From NCBI RefSeq assembly GCF_006345805.1, contig NC_043001.1, forward strand, positions 81,034,001 to 81,098,000: a stretch of DNA of 64,000 bases, in the 5' to 3' direction. The position numbers and the translations under genes are program-made. Every line of letters begins with the position of its first letter. Position 1 is the first letter of the stretch. Below are positions 1 through 12,692 of the stretch, in pieces. Source of the DNA: Octopus sinensis (taxonomy: Eukaryota). The notes below the pieces were generated by a model, which worked only from the letters and a program-made list of their open reading frames with translations, made no database searches and was not told where the DNA came from.

Positions 1-1149
1 GTGTAACTATAATTTAGAGTATGTGCCTCCCCCGTATATTTTGTATGCGTGTAGGTATAATTTACTGTATGTATGTACTTATTATTTTTCAAGTCTATAC
101 ATATTATATATGTATCAATGTTCTTAATATATTTTTTATACCTGTATGTGTATTTAGTAAATGTGTATATATTTGTATTGCTATATTGTCTTATATAATC
201 CATTGTGAATTTGTATCTGTATGCAATCTGCATCTATTCACCTGTATTTTTTTTTTTGTCTATCTTTACTCTATAAACATTTGTACAGAAGACTAACGAC
301 TGGTAAATGAAAACTAAATTGGTTAATTTTGTTTCACTGTTGGTGTTTTTATGAAGCATTCGATAAACTTCTGTACCATAGACACTTCAGTAAAATATTC
401 CTTGTATGTATGAAGATAGATGTTGCTGTTTCTCAATAAATCTCCCTCTGACTCAAACCACAAGAATGATAGGGCAAAACTTCATTGGCAATAGAAATGC
501 ATGACAATATAAGGTTTCTGTTCTGGTTTAGGTCCAAGACCAGTAATTCTGATGGGAAGGGGTTAGTTAATACCTGCAGAAAACAGATGCATTGTCTTTT
601 TTTCCCTCGCCAAGCTGATCTAATCCTCATTTAACATGATAATACCAGTCTACATCAATCATTGAGGGTTTATTAAAGTGATCACATAAAAGGATAATTT
701 GTCTTTTCTTGGGAGATGCCTGACTCTTGCTTAGTCTTACATTTGTTTGTTTTTTGTTTTTTTTTCCACAAGTATTTTTCAAGTTTTGGTCTCATTGTTG
801 TCTAGTGGAATTCAGTCATGTCTGTCTAATGTCTGCAAGGTTATGATTATCAATCCCCAGTACTTGAATGATATTTTATTTTATTGACTGAGAAAAGGAT
901 GAAAAGCGAAGGTGACATCAGCAGGATTTGAACTCAAAGTGTAAGGAGCTGAAACAAATGTGTTATAAAATATGATATCCAATATTTAAAGATCAAGTAA
1001 CTTCTCAGAAAAAGCAGGTATAAGAGATATAAGAAAAGTATAGAAAGAAATAAAGAATTTAGTGAAATATACTGTGTATGAGTAATTTTAGTCTATTCCA
1101 AGTTCAAGACAAGGATCTGTTCCTGAAGTCTTTGATACTTTACTGTTAA

Positions 1150-1310
1150 CAGCACCAGATAAGCTTCTTCTTGTCTTTGCTAATGCACTCCATTCAAGGC
1201 CCATGCTTCACAGATAAATATCATGCAATCACAGTGGTGAGGGAGAGGCCCTTTGCTGGTGGCAGAGAGAATAGCTCTCTGAATGTTTTCCAACCCATTC
1301 TCACTCTGGC
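1150..1310 (-). mobile_element. RTE-clade LINE ORF fragment (post-RT region), decayed
   Basis: Minus strand reads ARVRMGWKTFRELFSLPPAKGLSL, then after a frameshift ..CEAWALN.. This matches the recalled RTE motif AR.R.GW..FREL.P.L..KG.S....GSETWA. Confidence 0.75.
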
Positions 1311-1410
1311 AAATATGTTTCATAACACCCACCCTACTGCTAATTAGGTTATCTAAGTGTCAGAAATTATTAATTAGGAAACAATTGGTAATATGCAGTG
1401 TTTGAGAAGA

Positions 1411-1468
1411 CTGTTCACCTATGCAAGCATGACAAAACTGATGGTCTGGATGTATAATAAATAAATAT

Positions 1469-1499
<31 letters not shown>

Positions 1500-1538
1500 C
1501 CAGACCACCAGTTTTGTCATGCTTGCATAGGTGAACAG
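1411..1538. repeat. TA-centred palindrome, 41-bp arms
   Basis: 1411-1451 versus reverse complement of 1498-1538: 40/41 identical. The 46-bp spacer is almost pure A/T. Confidence 0.93.
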
Positions 1539-1892
1539 GTGTCTTGCTCAAGGAGACAATCCACTGCTGGAAATCAAACTCACAACCCAACGACCATGAA
1601 CCAAACACTCTAGCCACTACACCAGATGTCCTCACACAAACAGATACACACATGATATTTGAGTGTGAGGTTTAATTGCACTAAACACATTATGTATATA
1701 TATATATATTGCACTAAACACACACATATATATATATATCCACACTACTGCGTCTCTTGCCCAAGATGTCCCTAGCAAATCTATACCTGTCTCTCCTCAT
1801 CTCTCTAGGTTCCCTCCATCACTCTTCTGTCCACTGTGTTATTCTTCTGCTATAATTAATGAAAACAATCACCTCTCTCTCTCTCTCTCTCC

Positions 1893-1936
<44 letters not shown>

Positions 1937-2727
1937 AACCAGCCATATTTGGCCTATCATATCTTCTCTACCATTACAGTCTAAAAAGAAACAATCACAT
2001 CATCAAAATCATGAAGCTATGAGATAATGAATGATTAATTCAAAACAATGTGAATAAATAAGCATTGCATTTGACAGAGTTATCTGAATGCTAAAGCCAT
2101 TTCTTATTGACATCCATCCGTCATTCTTACAACCAACCTCTCCTGCTCCTATTTGCAATTGTCAACCCTACCCTTGTTCACCATTCACTGCATTTGCCCC
2201 TTACATAACTCTGACCACCTTCTCCTATTTCTGTCCATTATTCACTCTCTCTCCTTCAATAATCTTGCTGCCTTTGCCCACCATTTCTGATCCTTCTGTC
2301 TTCATGCTCTCTTTCCTGTTCAGCTTCTTGGACATATTACCTTAAGGATCACTTTATCAACTTATCACCAACATCTTTATCTTTCTGGCATCACTCCATC
2401 CACCCAACCCATATATAATGCAGGATAGTACTGAATCATTCCACCACAATAAACCTAAATCTGTTCCACCCAGCTTATTATTAACCTCTCACCCCATTGC
2501 ATAAAGCCACCTCTCTCTCTTAATCTCTTGTAGTCAAGAAGTCCCATTAGTCTAGCATGTTACAATGCAGCTTCACTACTGCCACGGAAACATGCACCCA
2601 TTACACTCCAAAGATATATGTGTGAGTGTGTATGTGTATATTTATTTATACATAGATATATATATTGATATATGTATATATGCATACACACATAATTCAG
2701 ACACACTTTATATATAACACTTGTGTG

Positions 2728-2767
<40 letters not shown>

Positions 2768-2995
2768 TACTATGTATGTGTGTGTGTATAAATATATAAA
2801 GAGTGTCTGTATATATGTGTGTAGATGTGTATATCTTTATTCATGTGTTTATGCACATACACTTATCTTGAAGTATGAAGTATGGTTAAAACTTACTTAA
2901 GCTTCCTATGAAGAAAATGTCCTTAGCTGCATTGTATAGTTAAGCATTGGACTTCAAGAGTTCATTCAACTTCATAGCATGCATATGTGCACGTG

Positions 2996-3026
<31 letters not shown>

Positions 3027-3425
3027 ATGTGAAGAATATGGTACTTTTATATCTCTAAGAACTAATATTTATTGCTAGAATGAAGTTGAGTGAATATTGA
3101 CAGGTTCTAAATGGAAGTCTCAGACTATTCTGCTGAGAAACACTGCATATTCACCAGAAATGTAAAATCTAATTATATATATATATATATAAAATATTTG
3201 ACTGGATGTATCACAATTTAACTGCAACTCTATATATATTATATACTTTTGTTGAGAATGTTTTATTTTCATACTGCGTTTAGTGCAATTAAACCTCACA
3301 CTCAAATATCGTGTGTGTATCTGTCTGTGTGAGGAAATCTGGTGTAGTGGCTAGAGTGTTTGGTTCATGGTCGTTGGGTTGTGAGTTTGATTTCCAGCAG
3401 TCGATTGTCTCCTTGAGCAAGACAC
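1539..3425. repeat. 148-bp inverted duplication (1539-1686 and 3278-3425)
   Basis: Ungapped alignment, 144/148 identical. It includes ~50 bp of non-SINE flank plus a SINE head. Confidence 0.93.
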
Positions 3426-4254
3426 TTTGTTCCAGTTCACTCAGCTAGCAAAAATGACTAGCATCTGTAATTCAGCCTTATTACACTGTGTCATGCTGAG
3501 TTTCTCTAAGAACTATAAGGGTACACATCTTCGGAATGTTCAGCCACCTGCACATTAATTTTGAGTAGAATGTTTGGTTGATCTGATCAACTAGGAATCT
3601 TGCCATAACTGCCAGAGTGTAGAGCCATGTGTGTGTGCATGTGTGAGTGTGTAATTCTTTTTGGGAGTGGTGAATCTCAAAGCAAACTTTAAAGAACATC
3701 ATTGAAATATTAGGTTTAAAAAAAAACCCTTTGCATAGTCAAAGCTTACCTGTTTGATATGAATCCACATTTGTTGTAAGCATGGCAGTCATTCTTATGA
3801 TGTCAGTACACACACGCACACACAGACATCCATATGTGACAGACTTACAGTTTCTGTCTACCAAATTCACTCAAGGCTTTGGTTAGCACTAGGCTATAGT
3901 AGAAGACACTTGCCCAAGGTGTCACACAGTTGAACTGAACCTAGAACCATGTAGTCAGGAAGCACACTTCTTAACACACAGCCAGCCTGCACATGTCTGT
4001 GTGTGTGTGTGTGTATGTGTGCACACACACGCATATCTTCCCCCACCACCACTTCAAAATTAGTGTTGGTATATTCACAACCTTGCAACATAGCAGTTTG
4101 GCAAAATGAGATTGTTAAAGTAAGTCCTAAACTTAAAACAAAAAATGTTCTGGAACCAATTAGTCAGCTAAACCTCTTAAGGTAGTGCCCCAGCATGGTC
4201 ACTGTCCAATAATTAAAACAAGTAAAAAAATAATAAAGATAAAGAACATGAATG

Positions 4255-4285
<31 letters not shown>

Positions 4286-5899
4286 TTACATAGATATGTG
4301 GTGTGTCACTCTAGCTTTCTCTGCTGTTCTCAAGTCATTGACTTGTAATCTTCACAAACAACCTGTAGAGGAAACAATTTTCTTCTCCTCCCGAACTCCT
4401 TTCTTCCTTTTATTCATTATGCTGTGTTGTTGTTGTTGTTGTTGTGGTGGTGCAGCAGCAGCAGCAGAGCTTTTATTTATTTTTCTTCAAAAACCTGTTA
4501 AAAAGTTAGTTCTTCCGAGAAATTTTCCTTTCTTTGAATTTTTTTTTTTTAATTCTGCAGGAGAGTAGACATGGCGATAAGGGTGGTGTGGCTGGTGATG
4601 GTGGTGGTCTGTGCCATAGCAGTGGTGAAGGGGTGGGGCAGGGGTGGATGATGGTGGTGTTGGTGATGAGGGTATGGAATCAATACAAAGCAGTAAACAA
4701 AAATCTATTTGGTTCAGGAAGTAAATTATGTTAAAAATATAATAATAATAATAATAATAACAACAACAACTGATTTAAGAATGTTAACTTGTTTATTTGC
4801 AGGTAGAGGTACATATGTTTATAATCTTCCCATTATTTTTGTTTCCATATTCTCTCTTCATAAATTCATTTATTTATATATTGATATTTGGAGTGGGAAG
4901 GGTGACATTTTTTAGCTTCTTGACACTTCATATATATATATATATATATACATACATACATACATACATACACACACATACATTATACAAACACACACAT
5001 ACACATATATATTTATTTATTTCCTCATTTTTATTTTTATAATATGTATATATATAATTTTTTTCTTCCTGGCTCTTGAAACTCTGCTAATTGCCGAAAA
5101 TATAAGGTCGTTTGCTCACGGCTAACCACATGCGCATATCCTCCCATCCACATGCATGCAATCATACACTCATATGGATGCACGCACACAACCACACACA
5201 CCAGCATACATCCATGTGAATATCTCAATATCCACATGTGAATGCTGATATGCGCTTGTATCCAAATTTCATGCACACTCATATAACCTATACATCTACA
5301 TGTGTGCCCTCACCACCTATATATATTTGATTCATACATGCACATGTATATATACTTTCATATACGCTCTTATCATTTATAAGTGCACATACATTACATA
5401 GGTATGTATGTGCGTGTTTGTATGTATACATATATCTGTGTGTGTGTATATGTATACATGTGCATATATAAACATATATACATATTGTACACCAGCATAT
5501 ATATATATATATATATATATATACCAACATACATACTTACAAATACATATATACATACACACATGCACACATGCGCACATAGCACACAGATACATACATG
5601 TGTACTTGTATTTCAGTTACACTCCACCACCTCCACCTCCCCACACACTAATACTGCAACGCATACCAACACATACCGAAAACTTCCCCCCCTGCCTGCA
5701 CCCTAGCCCTTCACAACCTCCACCCTCACCCCCCACCCTTTCATCACATCATTGGTTTTAATTAAAGCTTAAATGTCACTGCAGTTTCTCCAATTTGGAT
5801 GCTGTCTGATGTTACTTCAACTTTAAAGTCAGACTTTTTGTTTGTTTATTTTTTTTTTCTTTTCACATTTTGCTGTTGCCATACTTTCTTGTAGAATTT

Positions 5900-6710
5900 G
5901 CTTCTTCTTCTGCTGCTGCTACTACTACTATTACTACTACTGTCTGCTCCCTACTCCTTTTTCATAATTTGACTTGTTGCTGCTGTTTCTGCTGCTACTA
6001 TTACTACCACCACCACTATTACTACTACTACTATTGCTGCTACTTCTATCACTAGTACTCCTACCACCACTATTGCTGCTGCTGCACATGATACTACTAC
6101 TACTATTACCACCAGCATCACTACTATTGCTACTACTACTACCACCACTACCACAATCACTACTACCACCACCACAATCACTACTACCACCATCACCACA
6201 ATCACTACTACCACCACCACAATCACTACTACTACAATCACTACTACCACCACCACAATCACTACTACCTCCACCACAATCATTACTACTATCACAATCA
6301 CTACTACTACTACTACTACTACTACTATTCAACTGTTGTGGTTGTTGATGTGGTTATGGATTTCCAAACATACCATTATTATTACCTTCACACACACCCT
6401 ATACAAGCATGGGCTTCTTTCTGTCTTGTAACTAGGTGCTTGCCAAAGTATTCTGGATCATCATCATCTTCATCATTTGTCATTGTTGTCACCACTATCT
6501 TCATTATCACTGTCATTATTGCCATTGCTCTCTTCACAATCATCAGCATAACAACTATAATAATCATCGTCATTATTTCTGCCTTCACCATAACCACCAC
6601 CACAACCATAACAACCATAGCCATCATCACCACCATCATTGTCATTGCCACCACCACCATCATCATCACCACCACCACCACCACCATCATCACTGATAAA
6701 ACGTACTAGT
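5900..6710. repeat. Trinucleotide low-complexity block (CTA/CCA/CAT) including a 21-bp ACCACCACAATCACTACT-type minisatellite
   Basis: Visible directly; it produces homopolymeric ORFs in all frames. Confidence 0.9.
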
Positions 6711-6831
6711 TGAGCACTAGGGTCAATGTAATTGACTTACCCCTTCCCTCAAACTTGCTGGCCTTGTGCCAAAATTTGAAATAATAATAATAATAATAAT
6801 TATTATTATTATTTTTATCAGTATTATTATT

Positions 6832-7197
6832 ATTACCTTCACTTTAGCAATGGCAGAGGTATTGTTTTCAATTGTGTTTGTTTATTTAAACGTGGACAAG
6901 GTATCTCAGGAATTGCTGGATGGATTCAGATGAAACTTTCTGGGATGTTTGGCCTCATGACTAGTACAAACTTATTAGGTTTTGGGATCAATCCAGTACC
7001 GGACAAGGATTTGGGATTATTTTTCTTGTTTTTTTTCACTTAATTTTTGAGAGTGGTCGGGTTCATTTTTAGTATTCTCATTTGTGAGAGAAGTCAAGTT
7101 TATTTCAGGTATTCCCATTTTAAAAATCATCTCTGCCTAATCATTGAGAAGACATTGGTGATGCCTTGGTGGAGGTTTATGCTCTCTGAGTGCTCTT
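6832..7197 (+). mobile_element. Helentron-associated non-autonomous element (HINE/DINE-1-like)
   Basis: 5' ATTACCTTC..GGCAGAGGTA, then GTTTGTTT and GGATGGATTCAGATGAAACTTT. The 3' end is CCTTGGTGGAGGTTT plus a small stem-loop GCTCTCTGAGTGC. This matches the recalled subTIR / 3' hairpin layout of HINEs. Confidence 0.62.
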
Positions 7198-7222
7198 GTG
7201 GTTGTTGTTGTTGTTATTATTA

Positions 7223-7431
7223 GGGTGGTGAGCTAGCAGAATCGTTAACACACTAGGTGAAATACTTTGCAGTATTTCATCTTCAGCTATGTTCTGAGTT
7301 AAAATTCTGCCGAAGTCGACTTTGCTTTTCATCCCTTTGGAGGGCAATGAAATAAGTACCAGTTACACACTGGGGTCGACATAATTGACTAGCTCCCTTC
7401 CCCAAAACTTTTCAAGGCCTTGTGCCTAGAA
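7223..7431 (+). mobile_element. tRNA-derived SINE, second family, with (AAT)n tail
   Basis: GGTGGTGAGCTAGCAGAATCGTT..GAGTTAAAATTCTG..GACTTTGCTTTTCATCC..AAGTACCAG..GGCCTTGTGCC..(AAT)n. Other copies lie at ~845-960, 10440-10660, 25841-26505 (x3), 29225-29390 and 53875-54925 (x3). Confidence 0.8.
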
Positions 7432-7728
7432 TAGAAATAATAATAATCATTATCATCATCTTGGTTGGATTTATATTCAAATCATGTGTTGTATTAATGT
7501 ATGTACGTGGATTCATTCTTAACTTTGTTGTTGCTTTATAGGTGTTTGTTGTTTCTTTGTTTTATGTTTCTTTTTTGTAAGCGTTTCTTTGTAGAAAAGT
7601 TTTTCTCAACATTAGTTTCTCCATGAATCACAGAGGAAAATATTGCATGTGTGTGATGAGTGGGGTGAGATATTAAGCTGTATAGAGATATCCTTGCATA
7701 CACATACATGCACCATATATTTATATGT

Positions 7729-8070
<342 letters not shown>

Positions 8071-8667
8071 TAGACATGCCACTGCATACAAATACACACA
8101 TATCCCTGCATGCATATGCACACACATGCATATGCATATTGACTTGCATATAACAACCATATCTATAAGGGGATGGTGGGGAAAATATAGAGTTGGTGGA
8201 GCAACTTACGGCGTATTGTGAAAAGTTCTCATCTCCTGTGCACCAACTGTCTCAAATAGCATCACCACCACCACAGCCACCACCACCACAACTGCCTTCC
8301 CCCTCCCTTTTAGGACTGAAGCACACTGAGTCATCAACTTAATAGAAAATGCCTACAATAGTCTCCACACCTTGCTTTTTGTTATGTTTGCTCTTGCTAT
8401 TTTTTTGTTCTCTCTTTGTTGTTTCATAAAAATCACTGAGAGAAAGGGAGAGAGTCAAAGAGTTCCCAGCTAGGTGGGTGCGAGTAACAACTGCAACAGG
8501 AACGATAATATATAACCAATAGCAACTATAAATAACAACAACAGCAACATCAACAAAATGCGAGCAATTATAATCTTTTGTTTCATTCACTGGTCTGTGA
8601 CCATGCTGGGGTACTGCTGTCTTTGAAGAGTTTCAGTCTAGTTAAACAAGTCAACCCCAGTACTTGT

Positions 8668-8999
8668 CATCATCATCGTTTAAGGTCCGCTTTCCATGCT
8701 AGCATGGGTTGGACGGTTCGACTGGGGTCTGTGAGGCCAGGAGGCTGCACCAGGTCCAGTCTGATCTGGCAGTGTTTCTACAGCTGGATGCCCTTCCCAA
8801 TGCCAACCACTCCGTGAGTGTAGTGGGTGCTTTTTATGTGCCACCAGCACAGGTGCTAGGCAAGGCTGGTAACGGCTATGATCAGTTGGTGCTCTTTACG
8901 TGCCACTGGCATGGAGGCCAGTCAAGGCAGTGCTGGCAACGGCCACGTTCAGATGGTTCTTTTATGTGCCACCGGCATCACAACTACAATTTCCATTGA
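8668..8999 (-). mobile_element. RTE 3'-UTR-derived element with internal ~55-60 bp tandem units
   Basis: Reverse complement of the family at 52587-53019: (CAT)n, TTTCCATGCTAGCATGGGTTGG, GGATGCCCTTCC, and repeated GGTGCTTTTTATGTGCCAC. Confidence 0.8.
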
Positions 9000-9226
9000 T
9001 TTTTTTTTTTTTTTTAAATCTCGTACTTATTCTATCGGCTTCATTTGCCAAACTGTTAAGTTATGTGGACATAAGCAAACCAACACTGTTTGTCAAGTGG
9101 TGAAGAAGAGACAAACACAAAGACACACATAATGCTCTCTCTCTCATATATCTATGTGTGTGTATGTGTGATGAACTCTCCTGTTGGTTTCGACATATGA
9201 GGATCTGACAACCTACTCTTTCTTTG

Positions 9227-9590
9227 TCAGTCATATGGCTTATTTTGCATGTGACATTTAAGTTTCACCAACAGTTTGCAAAGAAGCCCACAGATCCTGC
9301 AAGTATGAGGATTACGGGTCAGTATAGGTGGTATATTTGCAGCCGCTTTTCTCCTTTTGCTTTGTACCCCAAAGCCTGTTAATGCCGGTTGCAACAAAGT
9401 TTCTAATACCATTTTGACACACGATCTCCATTTTGTTTGCTCCAAGGCTGTTTCCTCAAAGGTGGTGTGAGCTATCTTCATTTCTAAGGGGTTACTCTTC
9501 AGCTTGTTCTTATATCTGAGCCATGATCAACTAACATTCCTGTACCCACTATCAAGCTGGCTGTACATGAAGACTTCGGGTATTTTTTCG
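9227..9590 (-). mobile_element. RTE-clade LINE C-terminal fragment with zinc-finger-like tail
   Basis: Minus strand reads KIPEVFMYSQLDSGYRNVS*SWLRYKNKLKSNPLEMKIAHTTFEETALEQTKWRSCVK...HTCRICGLLCK..H. This is a typical RTE 3' ORF end (RIPK.L.Y..L..G.R..G...LRYKD.LK; W R..V; C..C..H). Confidence 0.85.
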
Positions 9591-12024
9591 TCACTTATGC
9601 TGATGACATGGCCAGCCCAGCACACATATATATATATATATATATATTCTTTTACTTGTTTCAGTCATTTGAATGCAGCCATGCTGGAGCACCACCTTAA
9701 GGGGTTTTAGTGGAACACATCAGCTCCAGGACTTATTTTTTGTAAGTCTAGTACGTATTCTGTCGGTCTCTTTTGCTGAATCACTAAGTTACAGGGTATG
9801 TAAGCACAATAACATCGGTTGTCAAGTGATGGTGATGAGGACAGACACAAAGACACACACATTAATATATATATATATATAATATATATATATATGACAG
9901 ATTTCTTTCAGTTTCCATCTGCCAAATCCACTCACAAGGCTTTGATCAACCCAATGCTATAGTAGAAGACACTTGCACAAGGTGCCACACAGTGGGACTG
10001 AATCTAGAACCATGTGGTTGGGAAGTTAACTTCTTGCCACACAGCCACACCTGAATGGGCTTCCATACAGTTTCTGACTACTAAATTTATTCACAAAGCA
10101 TTGATCAGTCCAGAACTATAGTAGTAGAAGAAACTTGCTTAAGATGTGAAGAGTTTTATTGCTTGTATCAATAGATGATCCCAGGCAGTACTAGTGTTGC
10201 AATGAAAGGAGCTTAAACACCTACAAAGCTGCTTCACTGATTGGTGAGTCATCAACACCTGCATTCAGACGTAGAATACAGCTTTACTCTCAGCATATTA
10301 AGTGTTTACCCTAAATAGTCCTAGATACTAAATTAAATCTGAAAAAAAAAAAAAGACAGGATGGTCATGGCTGAACTGTCTTAACCTGCGCTGACCTGAG
10401 GATACACAATAGCATTCAGTCTATAACTACTTCTCTAACAGTAATATTCTTTTTAGTATAGGTAGAAGGCCTGAAATTTCAGGGTGCTAATTGATTACAC
10501 TGATGTTAATAATGCTCAACTGGTACTTATTTCATCGGTCCCTAAAAGGATAAAAGGCAAAGTCAGCCTCAGCAGAATTTGAACTCAGACTATAAAGTCA
10601 GATGAAATGTCACTAAGCATCTTACCTGATGTGCTAACAGTTCTGCCAGCAAACGACTTTTCACTAGCAGTAATCATCAATTTAGAGAGCTTCTGTGTTT
10701 AGTTTGTTTTTGATATTTGTATTCTCAGTATGCTGGATAATGTACGTGTGTGTGTGTGTGTGGATAGTTGAAGGTCACTTTGTATTGGTTTAGCACTTTT
10801 GTGTGAATGCGTGTGGGGTGTGTGTACATGTTTATGGGTAGATCTTGTGTTTGCTTGACCTGTGTGTATATGCCTGTGTTTGTATAGTTGTTGTGTTTAT
10901 AGATTCCAATTATAATGTCTAAAAGTTGCTTTAGTTGTGGAACAAACTTTGGTTAAATGTTATGTATGCTTATATGATTGCATATTTATGACTAAGTGAC
11001 TATGTGTATGTTTGTTTATATCTACAGTATAAAAAGAAATAACAATGAATTACATATAAATTTGAAACAGGAACCATGTTTGTGTAGGATAACAGTTGGG
11101 ATTGGGTGGTGCAAGGGATGGAAAAAGATCAAAATGAAGGTTTGCCATCATCACTACCACCACCATCATCACCATCCCCATTGAAAATCAGGGCCATATA
11201 CTACAACAGGTTTAAGGTTCAATAAAGCCCACAGTTTTTTCAATAGCATGCCGAAGAAATTGAGAAATTTACATGAAATCTAAGTAAATCTGTTTGAGAA
11301 TTGCCAGGATTCTCTACTCTCTGTGATCCTGGATTCACCAATGCTATGGTAAGAGATGTATGTAACTGAGGGGACCAGCTTTAAACCACCTCATTTACCA
11401 AAAGCCAAAACTACCAAAGGGGAGTTGTAAAAGAGTATCAGTTGCATAGTAGTGCTCCAGCATGGTCGCAGTCTTAGAGCTTGAAACAGTAAAAGAATAA
11501 AAGGAAGGCTAGGTACAGGCATGGCTCTGGTTAAGAAGTTTACTTTGCAACTGCATAGTTGTAGGCTCAACTGCAGAGCACTTGTTTATTTTTAGCTTAG
11601 TCCGGAAACTAAGCAATACCTTGTGAGTGAATTTGGTTGGCAGAAACTGTGTGGAAGTCCATCGTGTATTTGTGTGGGTGTATCTCTCTCTCTCTCTCTC
11701 TTAATCTCTCTCTCTCTCTCAATCTCTCAAGCAGATTAATCTATAAATAATAGTGTAAATATTGGGTTAGAAAACCCTTTGGATAGAAAAATTTGACGGT
11801 GTCCATGATGTCAATGTGTGTGTGTGCTTCCCTTTGTGTTTGTGTCTTCCCTCTCCTCACTTGGCAATCCTTGTTGGTTTGTTTATGTCCCTGTAACTTA
11901 GCAGTTAAACAGAAGAGGGTCAAAGAATAAATACCAAACTACAAATAAGTCCTGGGGGCAACTTGTCCTACTAAACTCTTCAAGATGAGTAAAACAAGTA
12001 AAAGATATGTATGTTTTATATAAT

Positions 12025-12692
12025 GGAACTTGTGGATGAGCGAGACTCAAGAAAAGATGGGACAAAGTATTGAAGGACAATCTCAAGACACTGAGCCTTA
12101 TGAAGGAGATGACTAAGGATTGAGATATCTGGTGCATTGCTGTACTCAAGAAGACCTGTCTGCCACAGCAGAATTGGTACTGATGCTGCTGGTGCCACAT
12201 AAAAAGCACTCATGCTGGTGCCACATCAAAAACACTTGTGCTGGTGTCACATCAAAAACACTTGTGCCACATCAAAAACACTCATGCTGGTGCCACATCA
12301 AAAACACTTGTGCTGGTGTCACATCAAAAACACTTGTGCTACATCAAAAACACTCATGTTGGTGTCACATCAAAAACACTTGTGCTGGTACCACATCAAA
12401 AACACTCATGCTGTTGCCACATTAAAAACACTCATGCTTGTGTCACATTAAAACCACTCGTGCTGGTGCCACATGAAAAGCACTCATGCTGGCGCCACAT
12501 TAAAAGCACCCAAAATAGTGTCACATTAAAAAGCATTTGTGCTGGTGCCACATTAACAGCACCCAGTACACTCTGTGGAGTTTTTGGCATTAGGAAGGGC
12601 ATCCAGCCATAGAAACATTGCCAGAACAGACAAACTGTCCAACCCATGCCAGCATGGAAAACGGATGCTAGATGATGATGATGATGATGATG
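12025..12692 (+). mobile_element. RTE LINE 3' end with 3'-UTR minisatellite and (GAT)n tail
   Basis: Reads GTCG*ARLKKRWDKVLKDNLKTLSLMKEMTKD*DIWCIAVLKKT (RTE end motif GR.RP...W...V..DL......E...DR..WR). It is followed by a tandem array, a conserved tail CAACCCATGCCAGCATGGAAA, and (GAT)n. Confidence 0.8.
12188..12564 (+). repeat. Minisatellite, about 15 units of ~26 bp (GCTGGTGCCACATCAAAAACACTCAT-like; some 21-bp units)
   Basis: Directly visible tandem units; the repeated HQKH / CHIKNT peptides in the ORF track reflect them. Confidence 0.92.

Noticed and set aside
280-320. CAGAAGA...GAAA as another hammerhead
   Set aside because: No credible stem II or stem I.
5870-6710. Long ORFs (poly-Ser/Gly, poly-His, poly-Val)
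   Set aside because: They are translations of trinucleotide repeats, open in several frames and on both strands.
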